DNA of 64,000 bases from a virus (taxonomy: Duplodnaviria > Heunggongvirae > Uroviricota > Caudoviricetes), in IMG/VR virus record IMGVR_UViG_3300031134_000466. One strand, given 5' to 3'. Under the pieces are notes generated by a model. It made no database searches and was not told the origin of the DNA. It saw only the letters and a program-made list of their open reading frames with translations. Shown piece after piece: positions 35,980 through 46,365 of the stretch; the first letter of the stretch is position 1, and every line of letters starts with the position of its first letter. A program made the translations under genes and the position numbers.

Positions 35980-36441
35980 TTAATACTCTGTACGCAGCTG
36001 ATACTCGCCCCAAGTCGTGAAAGGCTGAACAGAATTGTCCAGGATAATTCGTTCAGCAACATCACCAGATGCAAGCTTCTCATAAAATGCTGCATCGTCA
36101 AAACCAGCATTCGCCGCATCATAACGGTCAGCAGAAAACACAATACGGTCAACACGAGACCATAAAGCAGCACCTAAACACATAGGGCAAGGTTCACAGG
36201 ATGAATAAAGAACACATCCTTCCAGGTTGAACACTTTAGCCTTGGCACAAGCAGCCCTAATAGCATTCACTTCCGCATGAGCGGTAGGGTCAATCGTGGT
36301 GGTGACAGAGTTTCCCGCAGCAACCGTGCTGCCGTTAGGGAAAAGGATTACAGCCCCAAAAGGTCCACCATTGCCGCTTTCCACGTTCTTTACAGCTGTA
36401 TCAATAGCAAGCTTAAGATAGTCAGCGTCGTTCATATTCAA
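35980..36441 (-). CDS. CDA-fold nucleoside/nucleotide deaminase (TadA/guanine-deaminase-like)
   Basis: HAEVNAIR and CEPCPMCLGA zinc-binding motifs. Confidence 0.8.
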   Translation of the reverse strand: MNMNDADYLKLAIDTAVKNVESGNGGPFGAVILFPNGSTVAAGNSVTTTIDPTAHAEVNAIRAACAKAKVFNLEGCVLYSSCEPCPMCLGAALWSRVDRIVFSADRYDAANAGFDDAAFYEKLASGDVAERIILDNSVQPFTTWGEYQLRTEY

Positions 36442-36526
36442 AACTCCTCAATAGTGACAACTTCATTTTATGGCACTTTTCAGGTAAAAGCAAATCGCAG
36501 CAACAAACCTGTTAGAATGAATCATC

Positions 36527-37519
36527 ATGCTTACAGTCTCCTCTTCCCTGAAAAGCTATAAAGCGTCAGGGTTATTCTTTGGGAGTCTACTACTCATACT
36601 GGCAGCGTTTGCTCTACTCCCTAAGAAGAGCTTCACTGGGTTGCTGAATGATTTCTTCATGCTTAGCTTCAGTGTGATTGTTGAATCTGTGCCGTTCTTG
36701 ATCCTGGGTAGCGTCCTTGCTGCACTGGTGCAAATTTTTGTCTCGTTTACCTGGCTGACAAGAATACTCCCTAACAACCCTCACCTGAAACGCTTCTTCC
36801 TGTCATTGTTCGGTGTTTTCTTACCGGTATGCGAATGCGGGAACATTCCTATGGCTCGGGGACTGATGCTAAAAGGATTCACTGTGTCAGAAGCAATGGT
36901 CTTTTTGCTCGCTGCACCCATTGTTAACCCTGTCACCATAATCACAACCCATCAAGCTTTTGGATGGGATTCAGGCATCCTCATTTGCCGTATTTTAGGT
37001 GGACTTGCCATAGCGAACTTCATTGGCTGGCTCTTCTCCCGCCAACAAGATGCAACCCAGTTTCTCACCCCTTCATTCGAACATTCATGTCGAGTTGAAG
37101 CAGGCGTTGTAGAAAAGAAAAGCATTTTCAACATAGCAAACAAAACAGCCTCGGAGCTGATCCTTCTATTCCCAGCTTTGATCGTGGGTGCAGGCATTGC
37201 TGCGTTCATTCAAGTGATTGTACCGAGGAGTACATTGTTAGCCATTGGTGAAGACCCAGTACTCTCAGTTCTTGTTATGCTCCTACTGGGAATCATCGTA
37301 GCAATATGTTCAAACGTGGATTCATTCTTTGCTCTATCATTCGCTAGCACTTTCACGAATGGAAGCCTCATCACATTCCTTCTGGCAGGTCCCTTAGTCG
37401 ATGTGAAGATGATCGCATTGATGAAATCCACTTTCACATCCAGAGCTGTCCTATATATTGTACTACTGGTGGTATGTGCCAGCGTTAGCATTGGGTTAGG
37501 AGTCAATCTTGTCTCTTGA
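36527..37519 (+). CDS. DUF318-family (ArsP-like) permease
   Basis: 8 TM helices and the family's VCECGNIP Cys-x-Cys motif in a loop. Confidence 0.65.
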   Translation: MLTVSSSLKSYKASGLFFGSLLLILAAFALLPKKSFTGLLNDFFMLSFSVIVESVPFLILGSVLAALVQIFVSFTWLTRILPNNPHLKRFFLSLFGVFLPVCECGNIPMARGLMLKGFTVSEAMVFLLAAPIVNPVTIITTHQAFGWDSGILICRILGGLAIANFIGWLFSRQQDATQFLTPSFEHSCRVEAGVVEKKSIFNIANKTASELILLFPALIVGAGIAAFIQVIVPRSTLLAIGEDPVLSVLVMLLLGIIVAICSNVDSFFALSFASTFTNGSLITFLLAGPLVDVKMIALMKSTFTSRAVLYIVLLVVCASVSIGLGVNLVS

Positions 37520-38231
37520 TAAGATAACTAAAACCCTACAATGGGTGACACTTGCAGTAACTATGAGCTTCATCCTCTGGCTCATATTCACAGGTAAGCT
37601 GTCATTGTTCATTCATCCTCGATATAACCTCTTCACCGCCATCATGGTTATTCTGGGAGCAGCTTTAGTGACAATAAGCTTTACTAAGAAGCAACCTTCA
37701 GGACATGAACATCAGCATGATGAGAAAAAGAACCCAAAACAGAAGCTGGTGATTGCTGCAATCGTTTTGGTAGCCACTTCCAGCATGTTCGTTGTCGCCC
37801 CAGGAGCTTTATCTTCCACCTTTGCTTCAGATAAAGTTGTCAACGGAGGGGTAGTGTCCACAAATCAAGACCTTGCTAATCCTGAAGGAGACTACCAAGA
37901 TTTTACTGTCAAAGACTGGGCTTTACTTGCCGAATCTGACATCAAGTATGAGTTCACAGGAAAAGAAGTCGATTTAGTAGGATTTGTTGTTCCCATTGAT
38001 GAAAACAATTTCTACTTGTCTCGATTTGTTGTGTACTGCTGTGCTGTTGACGCCCAACCAGTTGGTGTGCCAGTACATCAAGAGAATTGGCAGCAAGATT
38101 TCCAAGAAAATGATTGGGTTGAAGTGAAAGGGGAGTTCAGTGATACTACAAGTAACAGCGGTTATCAAGCTGAGCTCATCCCTGTTCGTGTTACTAAAAC
38201 TGTAGAACCAGAGGCTCCTTATGAGTACTGA
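37509..38231 (+). CDS. TIGR03943-like membrane protein, conserved partner of DUF318 permeases
   Basis: Two N-terminal TM helices, His-rich loop, C-terminal VVYCCAVDAQP Cys pair; 11-nt overlap with permease gene. Confidence 0.5.
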   Translation: MSLDKITKTLQWVTLAVTMSFILWLIFTGKLSLFIHPRYNLFTAIMVILGAALVTISFTKKQPSGHEHQHDEKKNPKQKLVIAAIVLVATSSMFVVAPGALSSTFASDKVVNGGVVSTNQDLANPEGDYQDFTVKDWALLAESDIKYEFTGKEVDLVGFVVPIDENNFYLSRFVVYCCAVDAQPVGVPVHQENWQQDFQENDWVEVKGEFSDTTSNSGYQAELIPVRVTKTVEPEAPYEY

Positions 38232-39276
38232 ACAAACCAAATCTCAGCATAGTCTAAACCGCAGTATAGTGGTGTCATTGTTACTCGTCCTGGCGTTAGT
38301 TGCTGCTTTGTTCGTCAAAGATGGCATCGCTCAGCAAACAAAAGTAAACAATGTTGACGGCTACTATTTAGCTGATTCCTCTTTCTACCATCAAAAAGGA
38401 ACCAACCCAGGTGAGGAAGTCTACTCTGGTCCAGAGTCAATTCTTTCTTTTTCATTGACTCATTCACATGCGTTACTCGTTACCTCTGCCCAGAAGATAC
38501 TACTTGTAGATTTAGCTTCAGGTAAATCTGAGGACATCACTACTCCTGGTTGTTCTGTACTTCAGACCAGCTCTGCATTCGACAGGTATTTTGTGTACCT
38601 AAACTCTTGCGATACAGACACAACAGCCCAACGTTTTGTTTCATATGACACTCAAACGAATAAGGAAACAACAACAGAAGTACAAGCATCCTCACAATGG
38701 CAAGTGAACCCTAAAACAGGAAACGTTGTATACCAGGCTGGTTTGACCAGTACTGTTTATTCAGGAAACATGGATAAGTCTGGCCAATGGCAACCGTTTG
38801 TGCAGTTAGGTCAGATGGGTTATCTCGGAGGTTTCTACAACAAAGGGAACACTTTGTTCTTATGGGGAACCGAAGCTGATGCTTCAACCCCAATCTCGTA
38901 TAACCTAAACGACTTGAATACTGTGAAGCTAGTTTTACCTGAAGCTGCAGATTCTAAAACACAGATAGCGTCAGGAACAACTGCTATTGATAGAACCAGT
39001 ATTTTGTGGGCTGTGACCGCTTATTCTCCAGAAGAAGATGCATATTACGAGTACGTCATCAAAGACACAAATCTTGGAGCTACTTTACTGGTTGACTTAT
39101 CTACTCTCGGGTATACGTTAGGTAACCGATTATCGTATGATGCAAAGAATGATGTAGTTGCAATTCCGGTGACACAGTACAACGGCGGGGATGTGTCTAC
39201 ACTGTTTGCTGATGCAGAAACAGGAAAAATTCTTTACCAGTTGCAGTTCACTACAGCGTTTCAATTTGCACCTTAA
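38221..39276 (+). CDS. N-terminally anchored extracytoplasmic protein, unknown function
   Basis: Single N-terminal TM (IVVSLLLVLALVAALFV); overlaps upstream gene by 11 nt. Confidence 0.45.
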   Translation: MSTEQTKSQHSLNRSIVVSLLLVLALVAALFVKDGIAQQTKVNNVDGYYLADSSFYHQKGTNPGEEVYSGPESILSFSLTHSHALLVTSAQKILLVDLASGKSEDITTPGCSVLQTSSAFDRYFVYLNSCDTDTTAQRFVSYDTQTNKETTTEVQASSQWQVNPKTGNVVYQAGLTSTVYSGNMDKSGQWQPFVQLGQMGYLGGFYNKGNTLFLWGTEADASTPISYNLNDLNTVKLVLPEAADSKTQIASGTTAIDRTSILWAVTAYSPEEDAYYEYVIKDTNLGATLLVDLSTLGYTLGNRLSYDAKNDVVAIPVTQYNGGDVSTLFADAETGKILYQLQFTTAFQFAP

Positions 39277-39277
39277 A

Positions 39278-39326
39278 TTATGAAAGCCGACCCGACAGAA
39301 ATTCTTTGTCAGGTCGGCTTTCATAA
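39278..39326. terminator. 15-bp stem-loop between convergent genes
   Basis: ttatgaaagccgacc ... ggtcggctttcataa. Confidence 0.5.
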
Positions 39327-39327
39327 T

Positions 39328-40449
39328 TCAGTCAGCAGTTTTTCCGTTCAAGTTCCAGAATGGCTTCTCAAACTCAGGCTGAATCATTTTCCAGATGATG
39401 TCAGAGATTTTCTTCTCAGACCTGGTATCAAAATGACCTCCGCTGTGACGAGAGAATAACAAACCAGTAATGCGTTTGTCTTCTTTCTGTACAGCTGCAG
39501 CGTAGTCCTTCTGAGTGTATCCTTCAGGAAGTTCAGAAAGAATACGGTTGTAAGTTTCCTCAACTGTTGCACGCAATTCAGCATGCTCTGCAAGTAGTCG
39601 GTCACGAGTTGTTTCGACATACTCAACGAACTCATCAGGGAGACCAACAATCCATGAAGTGAAGTCACCGTCAGCTACAAGCAGCTCCCAGATGCGACGC
39701 GAAGAAGCACCTGTGATGACACGGTGAAGCTGAACGTAGTCATCCTGTTTCACTTTCACTCGAACATCACTATCCAGGAAGTGAACAACAACGCCTTCTT
39801 TGTTCTCACGACCAGGAGCGGCCAAAGCTTCAGTAAGGCTGTTGTATTCAAACTGCTCAACCTTCAACCAAGTCCATTCATCAACCTGTGATGCTGGTAC
39901 AGAGCGACCTGTTGCTGTGTTCACTCGGGCAATCAAGATGAGGTCATCCAAATCACCGTAGTTAACAACGATACGGTTTGTAGGGTAGATGATTTCCCAG
40001 ATGTAAGTTTCACCAGCAAGTGGCTCCCATTTTCCGTCGTACAGCTCCTGGTAACGTGCTGTGGCATGCAGAGCCTGCTCAGAGCTGAATGAACCTCGTG
40101 TGGAGATGTTCAGTCGACCAGTTTCAGGGTTTACATATGAAACACCCATAGAACCATCTGCTTTGTCTGTGACAACGATAGGTCCAGTCAGTGCATCCTG
40201 AGGAACATCTGGTTCGCCGTGGTTAAAGAACTTACCAAGAGGGCGGGAGACAATCTCCTGGGTGGAACCGTCAACGATAAGTCCTCGTGAAGCTAATGTT
40301 GCAGCGTTCCAGGCTCGGTCAAACTGGCATACCTGTGAGTAGTCAAAGATAGCCAGGTCAAGCGTAGGGTGAACCTGACGATTGATGTGCTTGTTCTGGA
40401 ATTCAGCTGCCCAAAGTTCAGCAGGAGCGATATCGTAAATGTGTACCAT
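39328..40449 (-). CDS. ATP-dependent RNA ligase (Rnl family), paralog 1
   Basis: Nucleotidyltransferase motif I TDKADGSMG (KxDG), same order of downstream motifs as ORF 54122. Confidence 0.7.
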   Translation of the reverse strand: MVHIYDIAPAELWAAEFQNKHINRQVHPTLDLAIFDYSQVCQFDRAWNAATLASRGLIVDGSTQEIVSRPLGKFFNHGEPDVPQDALTGPIVVTDKADGSMGVSYVNPETGRLNISTRGSFSSEQALHATARYQELYDGKWEPLAGETYIWEIIYPTNRIVVNYGDLDDLILIARVNTATGRSVPASQVDEWTWLKVEQFEYNSLTEALAAPGRENKEGVVVHFLDSDVRVKVKQDDYVQLHRVITGASSRRIWELLVADGDFTSWIVGLPDEFVEYVETTRDRLLAEHAELRATVEETYNRILSELPEGYTQKDYAAAVQKEDKRITGLLFSRHSGGHFDTRSEKKISDIIWKMIQPEFEKPFWNLNGKTAD

Positions 40450-40536
40450 GATGGTTCTTTCGTTAGATCAGTATTTCATCAACGATAGCAGAAGACAGGT
40501 CTCCAAGTCAACTAATATGCATCCGATTGTTTAGAG

Positions 40537-40809
40537 ATGGATGTTAGAAGAATGAGCGTTACTGATTTAGTAGCGATTGTCGTGGCTGCGGGCAAAAAAC
40601 CTCGACATGCTCAAAATGTTTTGCTTCGTCATGTTGTTACTGAACAGGTTGCTGTTACTTCCGATCATTACATTGAAGACAGTGAAGGCTCAGTATCAAC
40701 AATGCTATTGTTCTTTTTTGCTAAGTATAAGATTGATTACGATAAGCTCATCGATCATCCGGAGTTGAGTTTCGAAATCAAACAAAGGCTTTATCAACTT
40801 ACGGTATAA
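40537..40809 (+). CDS. Hypothetical protein
   Basis: ORF only. Confidence 0.35.
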   Translation: MDVRRMSVTDLVAIVVAAGKKPRHAQNVLLRHVVTEQVAVTSDHYIEDSEGSVSTMLLFFFAKYKIDYDKLIDHPELSFEIKQRLYQLTV

Positions 40810-40813
40810 AAGA

Positions 40814-41173
40814 TTGGTTATGACGTTTATGAATACTACAACACTATGGCGCCCAGTAGGACCAAAAGAACTGGAACTAATAGCTCAGACTGGATTTACC
40901 CATTTCCCACCCAGATTACCAGAACAACCCATTTTTTATCCTGTGCTGAATCAGGAATACGCAGTAAAGATTGCTAAAGAATGGAACGTAAAACATGATG
41001 GTGCTGGTTATGTGAGCGAATTCCAAGTAGAAACCAGCTTTTTGTCTAATTACCCTATCCAGCAAGCTGGAGGTAGAACCATTCTCGAATATTGGATACC
41101 TGCAGAGGATTTAGATGCTTTCAACGATTCGATAGTGGGTATTATTAAAATCGTCAACACTTTTCTTTCTTGA
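40814..41173 (+). CDS. Hypothetical protein
   Basis: ORF only. Confidence 0.45.
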   Translation: MVMTFMNTTTLWRPVGPKELELIAQTGFTHFPPRLPEQPIFYPVLNQEYAVKIAKEWNVKHDGAGYVSEFQVETSFLSNYPIQQAGGRTILEYWIPAEDLDAFNDSIVGIIKIVNTFLS

Positions 41174-41178
41174 AACCT

Positions 41179-41213
41179 TTATGTTGTAGTTTTTTACAGA
41201 TACTACAACATAA
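41179..41213 (+). terminator. 12-bp AT-rich stem-loop
   Basis: ttatgttgtagt ... actacaacataa. Confidence 0.4.
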
Positions 41214-41293
41214 GGAACCGCCTAATTTGCTTGTCATTGAAATATAATGTAAGCTGGTGCTAACGTTCAAAATACGGAAAGATTACTGTTATT

Positions 41294-42706
41294 ATGCCAA
41301 TTGGTCAAAAAATTGTAGGAGTAGCTGTAGCAGCTACAGTTTCATTAAGTGCGGTAGCTTTTGTGGCTTCTCCAGCACTTGCTGATGAGGCAGCTCCTAC
41401 GACAACACAAGACGTTCCTACGGAAGTAGAAACTGGGACTGAGGGAGTTGCTCCAGCAGCTGACCCTGTTGAGGAAGAAGTACCTGCTCCTGAGGTTGCA
41501 GTACCAGAAGAGACTGAACCTGAAGTAGTTGTTCCATCTGAAGAAGCACCAGTAGAAGAAGTACCTACTGAAGAAGCACCTGTTGAAGAAGTTCCTGTCG
41601 AAGAGGTCCCTGCAGAGGAAAATGCTTTGGTAGCAACAACATTTGCTTTGACTTTTGGTGGTGACACATCAACTGTTCCTGAAAACCTGACACTTGAAGT
41701 TCACTATACTTCTTTGGTGAATGATGAAGTGCAGGATAATGTTGTTTACCTAACCCGCGATGTCCCTCCTACTGCCATTGACATCCCTGAAGGTTCTACA
41801 GTTCAGGTTTCAGTAACTGGTTTACCTGACATCGAAAACACAACACTAAACCCAGTTGTTCTGCTCAATGGGAATCCTTTGCCTGCTGATGGTGTTACAT
41901 TAGTGTCTGGTGAAGTGTATGATTTTTCTGTAGCTATTGATGCAGTAACAGAAAACCCTGCACCTTCAGACGCTCCTGCTATTCAGCAGGATGAAGCTCT
42001 TCCTGTTGATGTAGAAAACCTTATTTCTGTAAATGCTGCAGTTGCTTTCCCTGGTGACACTATAACTGTTTCTGCTTCAAGCGTTGCTACTCCTGAATCT
42101 TGGGTTTCAGTATGGCTTCATTCCACTCCTGTGCTTCTCGCTGGTTGGGTTCAGACTGACGTGAATGGAAACATTGATGTCACAATTCCAGCAGGTACCG
42201 AAACTGGTGAACACCGTATTGTTGTGTCTGACGCAGACAACAACATTGTAGGTTGGACAAGCATTCTTGTTGTCAACCAGGATGATGAAGTTATCGTTCC
42301 TGGAGAAGACCCTGAAACCCCTGTAGACCCTGAAACGCCTACAGACCCTACCCTTCCTGTGGACCCTACAACTCCTACTGACCCAGAAGTGCCAGTTACT
42401 CCTACAAACCCAGATGCAGGAGTAACTCCTGAGACTGAACCAGAAACAACTCCTCGTGACCCTTCTTCTGGCGGAGTATCCATCATTCCTGAGGAAGAGT
42501 TCAACACTGGAGGTTACGACAATGATGAGTTGGGTAACGTAACAGACCGTGGTGACCGCTCAGACATTAACACCAGAGCTTTGGCTTACACTGGTTCTGA
42601 CTCCAACTCCACGGTGTTCCTCACCTTCATGGGTGGTCTCATGTTGATTGGTGGTTTCGTCCTCCGCAGACTTCCTCGTCTGCGTGCTGCACGTCGCAAT
42701 AGCTGA
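41294..42706 (+). CDS. Cell-wall-anchored surface protein with LAxTG sorting signal and acidic Pro/Glu/Val repeats
   Basis: Signal peptide; EEAPVEEVPTEEAPVEEVPVEEVPAEE repeats; DPxTPTDP repeats; C-terminal LAYTG + hydrophobic segment + RRLPRLRAARRNS tail. Confidence 0.75.
   Translation: MPIGQKIVGVAVAATVSLSAVAFVASPALADEAAPTTTQDVPTEVETGTEGVAPAADPVEEEVPAPEVAVPEETEPEVVVPSEEAPVEEVPTEEAPVEEVPVEEVPAEENALVATTFALTFGGDTSTVPENLTLEVHYTSLVNDEVQDNVVYLTRDVPPTAIDIPEGSTVQVSVTGLPDIENTTLNPVVLLNGNPLPADGVTLVSGEVYDFSVAIDAVTENPAPSDAPAIQQDEALPVDVENLISVNAAVAFPGDTITVSASSVATPESWVSVWLHSTPVLLAGWVQTDVNGNIDVTIPAGTETGEHRIVVSDADNNIVGWTSILVVNQDDEVIVPGEDPETPVDPETPTDPTLPVDPTTPTDPEVPVTPTNPDAGVTPETEPETTPRDPSSGGVSIIPEEEFNTGGYDNDELGNVTDRGDRSDINTRALAYTGSDSNSTVFLTFMGGLMLIGGFVLRRLPRLRAARRNS
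41527..41625 (+). repeat. Imperfect ~30-nt tandem repeats encoding (E/V)E(A/V)P(V/T)EE
   Basis: gaagaagcaccagtagaagaagtacctact / gaagaagcacctgttgaagaagttcctgtc / gaagaggtccctgcagaggaa. Confidence 0.5.
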
Positions 42707-42720
42707 GAATAGCAAATAAG

Positions 42721-42751
42721 AAAAACCTGAGTCACCACGACTCAGGTTTTT
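42721..42751 (+). terminator. 13-bp stem-loop followed by T-rich tract
   Basis: aaaaacctgagtc accacg gactcaggttttt cttattt. Confidence 0.55.
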
Positions 42752-42761
42752 CTTATTTAAT

Positions 42762-42790
42762 TTGTCTTATCCCCCAAAATGGTGTACTAT
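42762..42790 (+). promoter_or_regulatory. Candidate promoter TTGTCT-17-TACTAT upstream of dnaK, containing the TTATCCCCC motif
   Basis: ttgtct tatcccccaaaatggtg tactat; about 35-nt leader with AAAGAAAGGG RBS. Confidence 0.3.
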
Positions 42791-42792
42791 GA

Positions 42793-44685
<1,893 letters not shown>

Positions 44686-44697
44686 TTTCTGAGATAC

Positions 44698-44741
44698 TCT
44701 GAAAGGGACGCTACTGTGATAATGGTAGCGTCCCTTTCAGA
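44698..44741 (+). terminator. 17-bp perfect stem-loop after dnaK
   Basis: tctgaaagggacgctac ... gtagcgtccctttcaga. Confidence 0.5.
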
Positions 44742-44761
44742 TTGCATTTAAACGATAAAGT

Positions 44762-44795
44762 AGAAAGGCCCTGACTAAAGAGTCAGGGCCTTTCT
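44762..44795. terminator. Second 15-bp stem-loop between dnaK and convergent gene
   Basis: agaaaggccctgact aaag agtcagggcctttct. Confidence 0.45.
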
Positions 44796-44797
44796 AC

Positions 44798-45427
44798 TTA
44801 GTTCTTTTTAGCTATGTATTCCCAGGTGATGATACCTTTTTCACAAGTCAGAACATAATGGCTATTGTACCATTCTCCACCTGCGTTGTAGTTATATTCA
44901 TGATAACCAGTTGTGTATCCTTTTGCTACCCATGTGTCTGCAGATGGAGGAACATCTTGATGAGGTCGAGCGTCAGAAGGCTGGAAGCTTTGTACCTGAT
45001 TGATTCGTAACTTCAATTCCTTATGAAGTTCTTCGAACTTGATAGCGACAGACTTACGTCCCTGTTCATCTTCATTCACATACAGAGAAGTATCACTTTC
45101 GTTCCAACCATTGCTGTCACCTAACATGCTCAGGCGGTAAGAAATAACCACAGTAACCTGAAGTTCTGCTCCTGTGCGTTGAGCTTCAAAGATTTCATCT
45201 AAAGTCAATGCAGTGACTACTCGTGTAGCTTCAGGAACTGGGATAAGCTTAGCCCATTCGCCATGAGCGTAATGAGCAAGTTCTCTTTTAGGTAATGTGC
45301 CGAGGACATCAGCTATTTTAGCTGGTCGTTTGTTCGTTTCTTTAGCCATTAGGTGTTTCAACCATTCTGTCTTGGTATCCAAGTATATCAAACAAATTAG
45401 GTAAAAGGCATAAATAGTGTGGAACAA
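44798..45427 (-). CDS. Hypothetical protein
   Basis: ORF begins with TTG; internal ATG at 45349 (MAKETNK...) may be the true start. Confidence 0.4.
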   Translation of the reverse strand: MFHTIYAFYLICLIYLDTKTEWLKHLMAKETNKRPAKIADVLGTLPKRELAHYAHGEWAKLIPVPEATRVVTALTLDEIFEAQRTGAELQVTVVISYRLSMLGDSNGWNESDTSLYVNEDEQGRKSVAIKFEELHKELKLRINQVQSFQPSDARPHQDVPPSADTWVAKGYTTGYHEYNYNAGGEWYNSHYVLTCEKGIITWEYIAKKN

Positions 45428-45511
45428 AGAAATGGCATAGTTCGGCCTGGGTCATCACCATTGTGTTACAATTGACCTGTACAACACCAATAAAGCGTAA
45501 CAGGAGTTACC

Positions 45512-46171
45512 ATGGACAACATTAAAGTAGAAGCTAACGGTAAATGGGTCAAGCTGGTAGAAAAAGCAGCATATGATGCACCTCCTACGTGGCATTTGGA
45601 AACCCCAGAGGGCGAGTTCCATATTTCTGTACCTATGCAGTCCACTCAGTTTGAATTGGTAAAACAATACCAGCGTGTATATGACAGTCAGAAAGATATA
45701 GGAATTCCTATTGCTGACGACTTAATGGTTGAGTTAGTTGAATCCGACTGGGGTTTTGTCGGTAACGAAGATGATGTATGGAAGTTCATCTTTACTTCTG
45801 TTGGTTATGACCAGAAGAATCTGATTGAGGACAAAGCAGAGCTGAAAGAACTGGTTCAGGATGCAGCTGAGCAGTTAGAAATCCTCAAACATGATGTTGA
45901 AGCCTCTGCTATCAGCTTCGACCCTGAAGTTGACACTAACACTGGCGATTTCTTTGAGTTTACATCTGCAACATTGAGTGATATGACAAAGCTACTTGCT
46001 GAAACTAAAAAGTCTTTGAAGCGTTACAAGGTACTTTTAGAAGCAGCTGAAAGATGGGTAGCTAAAGAATCGATGGGCCTGAACTGGACTAACGAGACAT
46101 TCCTTAGTAACTATGGTGAAACTCCTGAAGCTAAAAGGCTAATGGCTACGTACGAAGCACACCAAAAGTAG
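45512..46171 (+). CDS. Hypothetical acidic protein
   Basis: ORF with AGGAG RBS 8 nt upstream. Confidence 0.5.
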   Translation: MDNIKVEANGKWVKLVEKAAYDAPPTWHLETPEGEFHISVPMQSTQFELVKQYQRVYDSQKDIGIPIADDLMVELVESDWGFVGNEDDVWKFIFTSVGYDQKNLIEDKAELKELVQDAAEQLEILKHDVEASAISFDPEVDTNTGDFFEFTSATLSDMTKLLAETKKSLKRYKVLLEAAERWVAKESMGLNWTNETFLSNYGETPEAKRLMATYEAHQK

Positions 46172-46365
46172 CGAACAACATACCAAAAAGTTGTCAGAGT
46201 GGAGTAAAGATGGTAGACTTGTCTCAGTTGGCGATAACAGTCGCCCGTCTCAAGTGGTTACTCCTACGCGGTTTCGCTGTTGAGAGCAAGGTCCCGAGGA
46301 TTCTGTTATCTCACCATCATTCTATTTGACGGTTGAGCGTAGGTTGACTGTCAGAAAATAGGTAA

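Noticed and set aside
46196-46330. Possible tRNA or small RNA in the 190-bp intergenic region before the DnaB-like gene (contains CTCAGTTGG, reminiscent of a D-loop)
   Set aside because: No acceptor/T-arm pairing and no GTTCRANYC T-loop could be found; more likely a promoter/leader region (TTGACG / TTGACT hexamers present).
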